Positions 24,709-36,180 of a stretch of 64,000 nt of DNA are shown here, in pieces. The translations under genes were made by a program, and so were the position numbers. Location of the stretch: contig NC_135887.1 of NCBI RefSeq assembly GCF_964194155.1, positions 128,960,001 through 129,024,000 on the forward strand. The letters run 5' to 3'. Origin of the DNA: Cetorhinus maximus (taxonomy: Eukaryota). Below the pieces are notes generated by a model. It searched no databases, was not told the origin of the DNA, and saw only the letters and a program-made list of their open reading frames with translations. Position 1 is the stretch's first letter; the number at the start of each line of letters is the position of its first letter.

Positions 24709-25764
24709 CTACGTTTTTAATGCCAGGAGCAGATCTGTCCAAATGCTGATGCCCCACACGTCGAAATCGCCATCCATAGTTCTCAAAGAGCGCAGTGTCC
24801 TCTCCGTGGGCTCCCTCGCCGGTGGCGGTCCCTGCAAGAGGGCGGTGAAATGTTCCAAAAGTTCGTGCCAGCCCTGCTCGGGGGACTCCTCCTGTGGCAC
24901 CCACTCTGCCCGGCCGGCGTCGTACCGCAGGCTGCAGCCCCAGTCCTGCAGGAAGCGCAGGTAGCGGCGTCCGAAGGCCGGGTGCAGGGTGGCGATTGCA
25001 GTCAAGAGGGAGCAGGGCAGCGCGCGGCAGAAGGCAGGCAGCACGCGACCGTCTCCTAGCAACCACCGCAGGGCCAGCGGCTGCGCCTCGCCGCCTCCAG
25101 TCGCCGCCGCCAACAGCTCGGCGAGCGGCAGCCAAGAGACGGGCTCCCCGCCGCCAACGGAGACGGCCCGCCGCAGAACCTCCTCGCAGGCCGCCCGCCG
25201 TTCCGGTAACTCCTCCGGGCCCCTCAGGCGCTCCTCGAGCCGTTGGCGCAGGATCTGGGCCCGCGTCTCCGACACGGCGGCGGGGTCGACGCGGCTGCCG
25301 CTGTCCCTGTCCCGCAGCAGCAGGACCCCCGCGGCGGCTTTCACCCTGACCGCCCGCCCCAGCGACGCCGGGATGGCCGCCCCGCCATCACCTTCTCCTC
25401 CTCCTCCTCCTCCCCGCGTCCGGTACCAGGCGGCGGCCCGGTGAAAGGCGGCGGCCGAGGCGGCCGGGTTGCACAGCAGCGCCTCGCTCAGCATCTCCTC
25501 GCCGCGGCCCAGCTCCTCGAAACGCAGGCGGCGGTACTGCGGCAGCGGGTGGCCACGGGGGCCGGCGCCTCGGCTCAACAGGTGCAGCCGGAGGGCGTCC
25601 TGCGCGCTCGCCGCCCCTTCCAAGCGCCGGCTCAGCTGCTCCAGGTAGCGGGCCCACTGGAAAGCCCGCCTCACCTCCGCCTCGTCCCAGTCTCCGGCCC
25701 ACGGGCTCCGCGCCACCGCCAGCACCTCGGCGAAGCAAGCCAGGTTCTCTAGAAGCGCCTCCAT
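24709..25764 (-). CDS. FANCF: Fanconi anemia complementation group F protein (single exon, 351 aa)
   Basis: Intact GC-rich ORF. N-terminus MEALLENLACFAEVLAV...WDEAEVRRAFQWARYL and C-terminus WLLGD...AFCRALPCSLL...HPAF...YL..LQDWG..LRYD...DGDFDVWGISIWTDLLLAL match vertebrate FANCF. Intronless and adjacent to GAS2, as in mammals. Confidence 0.96.
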   Translation of the reverse strand: MEALLENLACFAEVLAVARSPWAGDWDEAEVRRAFQWARYLEQLSRRLEGAASAQDALRLHLLSRGAGPRGHPLPQYRRLRFEELGRGEEMLSEALLCNPAASAAAFHRAAAWYRTRGGGGGGEGDGGAAIPASLGRAVRVKAAAGVLLLRDRDSGSRVDPAAVSETRAQILRQRLEERLRGPEELPERRAACEEVLRRAVSVGGGEPVSWLPLAELLAAATGGGEAQPLALRWLLGDGRVLPAFCRALPCSLLTAIATLHPAFGRRYLRFLQDWGCSLRYDAGRAEWVPQEESPEQGWHELLEHFTALLQGPPPAREPTERTLRSLRTMDGDFDVWGISIWTDLLLALKT

Positions 25765-25900
25765 CCGCCCCGCGAGCCGCAGCCGTTAACCTCCCTCCAG
25801 GTTCAAACCGCCCCACAGTGCGCGCGACGCCAACTGATTGGCCAATGGGTCAATGATCACTTCCGGGGTCAGACTGCGGGGAGGGGTCACTTACCATTCA
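24750..25900. promoter_or_regulatory. CpG island covering FANCF and its promoter
   Basis: Very high GC and CpG density versus CpG-depleted flanks. Upstream of the ATG: CCGCCC (~25808), back-to-back CCAAT boxes ATTGGCCAAT (25837-25846) and ETS-type CACTTCCGG (25858-25866). Confidence 0.85.
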
Positions 25901-26115
25901 TTGAGAAAAGGGCCATTGGGGTACTCTGGGTTCATTGTGAGATTTTGACAGGACCAAGGGTGTTTTTAAATAATCTTTCGAGTATGCCAGTAAAATAGCC
26001 GATTGAACTAATCATCAAAGTAACCATTTAACAGCATCTTCGAGGGGCAACTCTCTTTTTACACTCTTTTGAGTATACCAATAAACTAACCAAATGAACT
26101 AAATAATCAAAGTAA

Positions 26116-26276
26116 AGGCAAAATACTGCGGATGCTGGAAATCTGAAACAAAAACAAAAAATGCCGGGAAAACTCAGCAGGTCTGACAGCATCTGTGGAG
26201 AGAAAGACAGAGTTAACGTTTCGAGTCCGTATGACTCTTCTTCAGAGCTGAAAGCACAGCAGCTCTTCAGAGCTTC
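26116..26276 (-). mobile_element. Short Penelope pseudo-LTR insertion
   Basis: Matches 11730-11865; flanked by the 14-bp duplication AATAATCAAAGTAA (26102-26115, 26277-26290). Confidence 0.82.
26211..26249 (-). ncRNA. Minimal hammerhead ribozyme motif (CUGAAGA variant, one stem I mismatch)
   Basis: Minus strand: AGCU-CUGAAGA-A-GAGUC(auacg)GACUC-GAAA-CG-UU-AACU. Confidence 0.65.
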
Positions 26277-26305
26277 AATAATCAAAGTAACTATTTAACA
26301 GCATC

Positions 26306-26560
26306 TTCAAGGAGCACCCTCGCCTTTGAATCAGAGGGTTGTGGGTTCATATCCCACTCCCGGAAAAACCAAGAACTGTGATTGTACTCGAAAGAGTTGC
26401 AATCTGTGACTGTTGATAACTCGAAAGAGTTTCAAGGAGCACCCTCACCTTTGAATCAGAGGGTTGTGGGTTCATGTCCCACTCCCGGAAACCAAGAACT
26501 GTGATTGTACTCGAAAGAGTTGCAATCTGTGACTGTTGATAACTCGAAAGAGTTTCAAGG
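26306..26560. repeat. Near-perfect tandem duplication, ~124-bp unit x2, containing a tRNA/SINE-head fragment
   Basis: Units 26306-26430 and 26431-26553; each contains GAATCAGAGGGTTGTGGGTTCATRTCCCACTCC (B-box-like). Confidence 0.9.
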
Positions 26561-26892
26561 GACATACCCTTGAGTATACCAATAAAATGACCAAAATAAC
26601 TTACGATCAATTAGATATTTAACAGCCCCTTAAAGGGTCTAAACCCTTTTTTATACTCTCTGAGCTTGTCTAAATCTCTGTGTGTGAGTGGCCAACTATA
26701 GGTGCTGTCATTAAAAATGGCCTCGCTGATAGCTAGCCACTGTGGTCCACGCATGCACATAGACTTCCTTTATATTATTTTGCTGCGCCAGCACCTAATG
26801 CCTGCCACTATAACTAGATAACTAATTAACTAATGAAAACTAAAGAACCACCCCTTAAAGGGGCACTGTAACAAAAGCAAAACTGCAAAAGG

Positions 26893-27935
26893 AAGATGCT
26901 TTAGTGACTGGAAGCCAGTGTCCAGTGGCATACCACAGGGATCTGTGCTGGGTCCCCTATTATTTGTCATTTATATAAACGACATAGATGACTATGTGGG
27001 GGATTGGATTAGTAAGTTTGCGGATGACACAAAGTTGGCTGGGTGGTTAACAGTGAGGTTGGGTGTCTTGGGCTACAGGAAGATATAGACAGGATGGTCA
27101 AATGGGCAGATAAGTGGCAGATGGAATTTATCCCTGAAAAGTGTGAGGTGATACACTTTGGAAGGAGTAATTTGACAAGGAAACATTCAATGAATGGCAT
27201 GACACTAGGAAGTTCTGAGGAACAAAGGGACCTTGGCGTGTGTGTCCATAGATCTCTGAAGGCGGAGGGGCATGTTAGTGGGGTGGTAAAAAAGGCATAT
27301 GGGACACTTGCCTTTATCAATTGAGGCATAGATGACAAAAGTAGGGAGGTCATGTTGGAGTTGTATAGAACCTTGGTGAGGCCACAGCTGGAGTACTGTG
27401 TGCAGTTCTGGTCGCCACATTATAGGAAGGATGTGATTGCACTGGAAGGGGTGCAGAGGAGATTCACCAGGATGTTGCCTGGGATGAAACATTTAAGTTA
27501 TGAAGAGAGGTTGGATAGACTTGGGTTGTTTTCATTGGAGCAGAGAAGACTGAGGGGCAACCTGATCGAGGTGTACAAGATTATGAGGGGCATGGACAGG
27601 GTGGATAGGGAGCAGTTGTTCCCCTTAGTTGAAGGGTCAGTCACAAGGGGGCATAAGTTCAAGGTGAGGGGCAGGGGGTTTAGGGGGGATGTGAGGAAAA
27701 ACTTTTTTATGCAGAGGGTGGTGACGGTCTGGAATGCACTGCCTGGGAGGGTGGTGGAGGCGGGTTGCCTCACATCCTTTAAAAAGTACCTGGATGAGCA
27801 CTTGGCACGTCATAACATTCAAGGCTATGGGCCAAGTGCTGGTAAATCGGTTTAGGTAGGTAGGTCACGTGTTTCTCACTTGTCGATGCAGACTCGATGG
27901 GCTGAAGGGCCTCTTCTGCACTGTGTGATTCTGTG
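26893..27935 (+). mobile_element. CR1 LINE 3' part, well preserved
   Basis: [81 protein letters not shown]; tail TGTGATTCTGTGA. Confidence 0.92.
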
Positions 27936-28114
27936 AAACTTATTAAATCAAACTAAAATGTCATTGTGGAGGGAGATAATGCACTCCAGGGGTGCTTTTT
28001 TTCTATCTGTTCACACTTGCTAAATGCGGCTTGCTTATGATTATAATGCAGATTGCTCATAATTACAATAGATTTTTCTATTTAATTATAAATATGTTTT
28101 TTTTTTAAGTATTG

Positions 28115-28355
28115 GCAATCAAAACAGAAAATGCTGGATAAACTCAACAGGTCAGGCAGCATCTGAGGAAAGAGAAACAGACTTAACACATCAACCCGAA
28201 ATGGTAACAAAAACAGAAAATGCTGTAAGTACTCAGCAGATCAGGTAGCATCTTGTGGTGAGAGAAACAGAGTTAACATTTTGCGTCCAATAAAGCTCTT
28301 CTTTGGAACTCCGAATGTTAACTCTGTTTCCCTCCACAGATGCTGCTTGACCTGC
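28115..28355. mobile_element. Cluster of Penelope pseudo-LTR stubs (two tandem, one inverted)
   Basis: AAAACAGAAAATGCTG...CAGCATCT...GAGAAACAGA.TTAACA at ~28121 and ~28210; inverted copy at ~28315-28355. Confidence 0.65.
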
Positions 28356-28359
28356 AGGC

Positions 28360-28705
28360 TCAAACTGCTGCTGTCATGGTTGTGGATACCAGTGCATACA
28401 GGTTCTTGCTGCAATCGAATGATCTGTGCCACAGCAGATTATTAGGATTACTAAGGCACTGCCTGGGTGAGTGACAATCCTTCCATGGTGCATACACCAT
28501 CTTGATTTGGAACTATACTGCGTTCCGTCACTGTTGCTGGGTCAAAATCCTGGAACTTCCTAACAGCACTGTGGGTGTACCTACTTCACATGGACTTCAG
28601 CGGTTCAAGAAGGCAGCTCACAACTACCTTTTCAAGGGCATTTAATGATGAGCAACAAATGCTTGCATTACCAGCAATGCTCACATCCCATTAAAGAACA
28701 AAAAA
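28360..28705 (+). mobile_element. 3' end of the LINE family at 57070-60145
   Basis: GGGTCAAAATCCTGGAAC...ATGGACTTCAGCGGTTCAAGAAGGCAGCTCAC...CACATCCCAT matches 59940-60140. Confidence 0.75.
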
Positions 28706-28709
28706 AGCT

Positions 28710-30660
28710 GTTTAGTGTTTGTGCTCCCACCACTGCCGCTCTGTTAGAACCCTTGTTGTTGCCTTTCAACCAGCCAGTCCAGACTGCTATCACACATGCA
28801 ATAGTGGTGCAGTCTGAAGCCAAGCCCTTCAACAAGCCAAGTCTCTCCTAGAGAAAGTCAGCAGCCTTCCATCAGCAAAGCTGCAGACAACAAGGTAGCA
28901 CTGCCTAAGAGATCTAGACCAGCCAAAGGCATCCACAAGACAGTTACTAAGAGAATACAAAGGGTAAATAACTCACTGAAATAAAAGCAAAGTGCTTATG
29001 GGCGAAAAGTTCAGTTCTGCCTGTATTATTGGAAGCATTCTTGGGTAAAGTTGTTATGGTTCTTTAGTAGTATCTTTTAATTCAGGGCTGTGGCTAAGAG
29101 AACGTTGTGATGGTCCATAACAGAGGGATGATAAAGTGGGGGATAGTGGAGTAACGGTGAGATGGAAATGAAATTTCAGGGGAACCAGAGTTTGAGCAAG
29201 CCGTCATGAACAATCTATCCCAAGCGAAGAGGTCACAATGTCTCCTCGTTTCACCTTTTTCCTCACCCCTCTCTCTTCCTCCTCCTCTTGAGGTCCTTGG
29301 GGAAGGCCTGATGGTAAGACTCTGTCCTTATAAGAGTGAGGTTGTGCAGAGTGCAGCCGACTGCCACAAATTTGGAGAAATGCTCCAGCAAGTAGTGGAA
29401 GGCTTCCTGTGAGTGGTCTAGGCAGCATAACCATTGTTTCAGAAAACTGATAGTTTGCTCTACTTTGTTCCTGGTGGCAACGTAGCTCATCGTAGCACAT
29501 TGTCGACACATGGCTGGATGGCGGATGAGAATCTTGAATTAGGTGTAGAGCGGGTACCCCTTGTCGTTAAGCAGCCAGCCTCTGGTTCATCTTGGCGGCT
29601 CAAGGATGGAGGGTCCGGCTGACTGGTGCAGGATGAAATGTTGCATGTGCTGCAAGAATTGTAGGTATCCACTTGCATGATATTCATTGCCTGGCCACAC
29701 ATCAACTGTAGGTTCATGGAATATGAGCCCATGAAGTCCTCTTCAGAACGCTTGACAGGGTTTCTGTCAGTTCCCTGATACAGAGATGCATAGCAAACAC
29801 TGAGATGTTAGTGATGTTGCTGGCTGCAGCCTGAAAGGATCCTGAGGCATAGAAACTGAGGGGTTCAGTGATCTTGACGACTGCTGTCTGTGCTACTGTG
29901 CCCTGCTCTGCAGTGCAGTTCTGGTTGTAAGAGGTGGCACAGTTAAATCACCACCTCCTTGGTGAAATGTAGACACCTTAGATACTGCTTCTGAATGAGA
30001 TGGAGGTAGGAAAAGTTTTCTCTGAAGACCCTTGGTAGGTACAGCCTATTGAGAGCCCTCTTCATTCCCCGTCTGTGTATAGATTCCCCTCTCTTCTGCC
30101 TGTGTTCCATCTCCAAGTCATGCTGCAGCCCAAGTGGTTGCAACTATAGCCCCTGTCACTGAATGCAGGCTTTTTCTGATAGGCCTCCCAACTCCTCCTT
30201 GGCAGAGTCTCGCACTGCTTCCTTGTGAATTCAGAAACTTGTGTCAATTTTTTCAATAGCGCTCAACACTGTAATTCCACAAACTGTAGCAGCAAAAGAC
30301 AGTCAAAAAGCACATCACCTGTAAGTCCTATGGTGATCCTTTGTAATAGCACTAGTGTGGGGTCCCTCATGCAGCTGAACAAACATTCAGCTGACTGTGT
30401 TAAAGAGAGGCAGTTAACAGAACCTGCACGGTCCAAAGTTGCAGGCCATACACCAGATCAGAATTTGGCGCTACTTAACATCACAATATTCCCCCTCTGC
30501 ATTCTTTTGGCATACGTATGGCATGCCCTTGCTCATGTCCTTACAGTCAGGGTGTACTGTAAGGGCTGTGCCAGAAATGGCCAGAAGTGTGCCTAACAGT
30601 TTTGGAGTTCCTGGCTTCTGAAGCGCTGGCATCAACAGCACCACAGAGCAGAATCTTGCA
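28710..30660 (-). mobile_element. Old Harbinger remnant with decayed transposase (~29190-30140)
   Basis: YPRVF-like and FSYLHL, SMNLQLMC, AGCLTTRG, ATRNKVEQTISFLKQWLCCLDHS, FVAVGCTLHNLTL plus acidic tail, collinear with 3857-5095. Confidence 0.72.
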
Positions 30661-30704
30661 GCTCTTAACCCTTAGGCAGAAGTCCCAGTTTGACCATATG
30701 AAAC

Positions 30705-31250
30705 AAAGTATGGTAACATAATGGTTATATTACTGGGCTTCCAATCCAGGGGCCTATACTTATAACCTGGTGACACAAGTTCAAATCCACAATGGCAATT
30801 AACAACTTTAAATTCAGTTAAGTAAATCTAGAATAAAATGCTAGCATCAGCAATGGTGGCCACGAAACTACCAGATTGTTATTTTAAAAACCCACTGGTT
30901 CACTTATATAGTCCTTTAGAGAAGGAAATCTGCTTCCTTACCCAGCTTAGCCTATATATGAGTCCAGATGACAGCAAATAGTTAACTCTTAACAGCCTTC
31001 TGAAATGGCCCAGCAAGCCACTCAGTTCTATCATAAAAATTACAAGTCATATGGACTGCAAAGGTTCTGGAAGGCACCTTACCAACACCCTTTTGAGAGC
31101 AATTTTTTTTTATTAATTCATGGGATATGGGCGTTGCTGGCTAGGCCAGCATTTATTGCCAACCCCTAATTGCCCTTGGGGATTAGGAGTGGACAAGAAA
31201 CACTGGCCCTTACCAGCTACCCATATATCCCATGGATGAATCATAAAAAT
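30705..31250 (+). mobile_element. tRNA-headed SINE-like element with an inverted LINE-tail fragment in its 3' end
   Basis: Matches 57070-57350 and then 60025-60140. 31103-31180 is the same tail in reverse orientation. Confidence 0.72.
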
Positions 31251-31852
31251 TGGCTAAATCTGGCAGTTATAATGCAAAATTATCCATCCAATGTTATACT
31301 GATGTAAATGAAGCTGTAGTTCACAGCAGTAGGATATTAAAATACAGTTATAGGGCTGGAAACCACACAGTAATATGATTTTTTTTTGTTGCAGTTATAA
31401 TGCACTAACAGTATGTGATTGGTAATTGTACATTGTGATGTGCAGCTAGGAGCAGCTAAGGTGTAGTACAACTGTAAGTCATAACTCTCCGGATGTTCTG
31501 TTCCAAGTCGATAAATATTTCTTGTTTTGATGTGTGGTCTAGACTGCCTGTTATTTCAAAACATTAAAGAAATTATGCTTAACTTTATAAAGTTCTCGGA
31601 GTCCCAACAGACTGTTTAGGAGAATCTTCAATCTGGTCTGACACTGCAACAGAGTGATTTTCCATGCACATTCAAGTCCAGTGATATGAGCGTTGCTTAC
31701 ATTGTTGGGTGCCAGAATCACATTGGGACCTGATTCCATAGTTATACTGCCAGTTTTACATTACAATGTGCTTCGTATCACTTTGCAGCAATGTAAAATT
31801 GGCCATGTTACTCCATTCTTTTGTTAAACTACTAGTGACCTAAATAGTCATA

Positions 31853-32532
31853 GGGCAGAAATATCGCCCCATTGTGGAGGGCTGTGCGGGGGCAGGTGGG
31901 GGCGGGTGCAAACCCGATCAGTGCCCCTGATTGGGGCCGTGCTGCCATTTTACGTGGGCGGGCCAATTAAGGCCCGCCCTGCATGATGCGCGCCCGGAAG
32001 CACTGTGCGGGTGGGGGATTCCCTGAGCCAGGAGTGCGCTCTTTCGTGCATGCGCTTGGAAGAGCACACAGATCTCCCTGAAGCTAAGTGCTGCCTCAGG
32101 GAGCTCGGCTCAAGTTTGAAAATTTTATTAAAGGGAGAAAAAATATTTCTGACATGTCCCCTCATGTGACACTGTCACATGAGCAGGGACATGTCAATTA
32201 CTTTTATTTAAAAATTTTATACACATTTTAAATCCCTCGTGAAACCTTATCCAGCCCGTGGATGAGGTTTCATGTTTTTTCTGAAGACCACCTGAGCTCT
32301 TCGCCTGCTCGCCAACCTTAAGGTTGGACGGGCAGCTCATTTAATTGTTTTAATTAGTTTTTAACAGGCCTTAATAGGCCTTTGACAGTTCAGCAGGCGC
32401 ACAGCCCGCCGAACTGACAATCTAAATGACATGCGGTGATGTCAGGACGCATGCCCGACGTCACTGCGCATCATTTTATACGTCGGTGAGCGGGCTCCGC
32501 CCCCCCCGCTCGCTGATGGGAAACTGTTGCCC
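31853..32532. mobile_element. Harbinger-family MITE (opposite orientation to the 8536 copy)
   Basis: Termini GGGCAGAAATAT and AACTGTTGCCC; TSD ATA (31850-31852, 32533-32535). Confidence 0.88.
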
Positions 32533-33554
32533 ATAGTGGCAGGCAGCATTTATTAGTAAGATTTGCATTAGTATAAGTTGAGAACAAAGAAAACTTTGTA
32601 GGCAAAGCTTTCCACATAGGAATCATCATATAGGGTCTTAAAATTAAATACAGTAATATTAAAATAATTTATTTGCATTATTTCCATTCAAATCCATGAA
32701 AATGGTTTCAAAATAAAATTAATAACCATTTATCAAGTTTTTAAAATCTGTATAATAAAATATTTTTTGTTCTTGCATAAATTATATTTATCTGACTTGT
32801 GTGGTGCAGTGCCATTGTATAATTTGATTGAAAGAAACAATTTAGGCTCAATTGGTTCAGGCTGCGATATCTTCTTGTACATTTCTATCCTATCTCTCTC
32901 TGTCACATGTACATATGTCCAAGCACAATGGCACTATATTGTACAGAGTACAAAAGGAGTGATGCACTGTTTAGACAACAACAATTTGCACTTTTGTTTG
33001 TGCCTTTCACAGAGGAAACTATTCCAGGATGGAATTTACAAGGGCATTGAAGGATACCGAGCTGGAAGTTAGAGAAAGAATAGAGGAAGTAACCAAAGGT
33101 ACGGTTAAAGAGCTACTTTTTGAGAAGGTTTTTGAAGAGAGATGTAGCAAAGTAGATTCATGAAGAAGTTTTAGATGAAAATGGAATACTGATTAATTAT
33201 GATGGCAAGTGGATAATAATATAGTTTATAGGATCATGCAAATTTACAGTATTGGTAAAGGCCATTTGGCTCGTTGAGCCTGTGTTGGCTCTTTGACTGA
33301 AGAGTTATGCTTAGTTTACATCCTCCCCCCCCCACCACCCCGACTTTTTACCTGTAACCTTGTAAATTCCTCATTGTCAAGTACCTATCTAACTTTAAAT
33401 TATTTAAATTTTAAATTATGAACTAAAATTATTTATGGAATCAGCTTCCAACACCTTTTCAGAAGAAACATTCTGGATCCCGACAACTTCCCCATTGAAA
33501 ACAATTTCCTTTCATCTCCACTCTAAATCTTTTGACCTTTGGTTATTGACCCAC

Positions 33555-36180
33555 TGGTCATAGAGAAAGCCATTGGGTTGCTGAAGATGTGGTTCAGGTG
33601 GCTGGAAAGATCTGGGGATACCCTACAGTATATACCAGTCAAGGTGTCCAGAATGGTAACGGTCTGCTCTGCCTTACACAACATACCACTGAGGAGAGGA
33701 AGGGAGCTGCAGGAGGAGGAAAATGGGGACCATGTTGCATCCTTGGAGGAGGAAGTGGAGGAGAATGAGCAACAGCAGGAGGAACGGGGTGAGAAGGAAC
33801 CTAAGGAGCTCACAGTAAAGGCATAGTTCTGGTAACCTGACTGTATGAAGTGTAAGGAACATATCTTTTCATTTCTGTTGAACTGTTGTAAAGAATGTAT
33901 CTCTTTATTTTCTGTTGGGCTGTGCATTGGGATTGCAATGGCTGCAGTTTGAGAGACATGTCCACTGGAACAGGATGAGAGATATCTACAATGTTGCAGT
34001 CCTGGAACAGAGTGTGCCATGAAAGACAGGATGGTGCTGGAAAGGAGTACTGGACCAAGGGAGCTGCCTGACAACAGCATCTTAATTTGCTCCTGACCAG
34101 GTGACCAGGTTTTTCTCCTAGCCTGAAAGGAACAGGACCTAAAACCTCTTTCTCCTGTGTGTGGAAGATTCCAGTAATTCCATAATAATAGCTAGCTGTT
34201 TTTTTTTTTCTCCTCATATCTCTATAACCTGCTCTCTCTGAAAACCCTTGTCAAGAGGCAAAGGGGAAAATCACTGTTAGAGTCATTGAAAGGCAAGTGC
34301 TCAACCAGTGAACTAAATACTGAAAGTGCTGGAAGACCACTTCATGTTATCAACAAAAACTGAAAGGAATTTGGAAGACATTGATCAAAATCAACCCATT
34401 GAAACCTGTACTTCAGATTGGTGCTATTGAATTGTTTTCTCCCACCCTTAAAATCTATGCTTTGTGTGTCTTATGTGTCGTGTGTGTGTGTATGTACAGG
34501 GATTTAAGAAGGGGGTAGAGTTTAAGTTATAGTGTTAGAAGCAGTCCATATTTCTTTCTTTTGCCACTGGTTAACGACAGTTTGTTCAATAAACAGTTAT
34601 TTACTTATTAAGTTTACAAACCTGGTGCTTGTATTCTGTTAACCTAAATTAAACAGTTAGGTAGAATTGGGGCAATTTGGTGTTTGATCAGACTTTTTCA
34701 CATTTGTCATTGTTCGGGGAACAGTGGGGCTTGATATTACAGCACACTACCCCCAGTGAGCCGTGACAGAAGCCGTATGGCACATCAATGCTTAACCCAC
34801 TGCTCTCTGAGCCGTAAATAATTGCCACAGTCAAAAATTCTTCCATCTCATTGACAAAGTTGGCTTGTCTTCTATGGTCCTAATATTCTCCTCAACTGTG
34901 GAGCCATTTGGCAGGTGAGAAGCAACAATTGAGCTGGCTGGAAAAGGAAGACTTGAAATAAAGTTTATGCCTCATTAATATTTTCAAAATTATTAACACA
35001 GTGACGTTTCTATGAACACCTATGCTTATAAACACCTATGAACCTTGTAGAATGAACACATTTCTGTCTTCTGCTTCCCATTATTTCTATGAGGTGCTTC
35101 CCCTGTGGCTTCAGCAGAGCTAGAGGCAAGCTGGATATTCCCCTACTCTTACAGCTGAGATGCTTCTGGTTGAAGTCCTCTGGGCTTTGGGACTCATGAG
35201 AATCCCTGTCACTGACCCACCTGCACCTGTAGTGGCAGACCCAGTCATTGGGGAAGTAAGAAGCATGTGGAGTTCTGCCTTGTCTGGAATTGTCAGGAGG
35301 GCCAATCCCGGTTCTCTGCCTCTCCCTGAAGCATGGCGCCCTTTCCTCCAGACAGGAAAGCAGTGAATTATGAGTGTAAGGAATGGATTGTCTGGAGAGG
35401 ATGGAATGATGACATTTGTGGGGGGTGACTATGATGGTTTAATAAATAGGGAAATGGAGTACAAAAGCAACTATGTTAAACATGGGTTCAGCCTCAACTG
35501 CAGTATCATGTCTAGTTCTGGGCACTATGCTTTAGGAAGGATGTGAAGGCATTAGAGAGAGTTCAGAAAAGATTTATGAGAATGGTTCCAGTGATGAGGA
35601 ATTTCAGACAAATTGTGGGAGGATGGGATAGGGTGAGGTGTGGCAAGGGATGAGACATGGGAGCACCTTGAGCAGAATCCTCACGTTCATATGCCCCTTC
35701 TCCATCTTTCCTTGCATGGCCCATTCACGTTTCCTTGCTATCCAAGGGCTGGAGAGCACTTTGCTGCATATCAATGAGGTGCTGAATGGCCAAGGCAGGG
35801 CTTTCCTCCATTTTATTTAAAGTGGCAAACTGAGTGTGCAGACCATTGGTGAGAGCAATCTTGCTCTTTGCTGCCTTCCACAGACACTCCATGCAGGTGC
35901 CCACTCTTTCCATGGAGTTGGGCATCTGCAGTGTGATTTCTAATTCTACCACCAGATATCTGGGAGAACCCTTCTCTCTGTCGCCAATGGCTAGGCACTC
36001 CGCCATTCTGCCAATCTTCATGTCCTCACCTGTCTCTGCAGTAGTCAGGGTGGCTACTACAGGAGGGCCAATCCCGGTTCTCTGCCCCTCCCTGAAGGAT
36101 GGCGCTCTTTCCTCCAGACAGGAAAGCAGAGAATTATGAGTGTAAGAAATGGATTGTCTGGAGAGGGTGGAATGATGACA
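33555..36180. mobile_element. Harbinger remnant: transposase 3' end (+, 33555-33850), LTR insertion, then partner-gene debris (-)
   Basis: VIEKAIGLLKMWFRWLERSGDTLQY.P.KVSRMVTVCSALHN plus acidic tail. The assignment of 35100-36150 to the partner gene is inferred from position only. Confidence 0.62.
33851..34768 (+). mobile_element. Solo LTR (918 bp), same family as 7912-9502
   Basis: TGTAAGG...CGTGACA; TSD GAAG (33847-33850, 34769-34772). Confidence 0.88.

Noticed and set aside
24548-25816. Several long overlapping ORFs around FANCF
   Set aside because: Shadow frames of GC-rich coding DNA with few stops; only 24709-25764 resembles a known protein.
26306-26560. CRISPR-like array or tRNA genes
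   Set aside because: Two whole-unit copies with no unique spacers in a vertebrate genome; the tRNA-like part is incomplete and looks like a SINE head.
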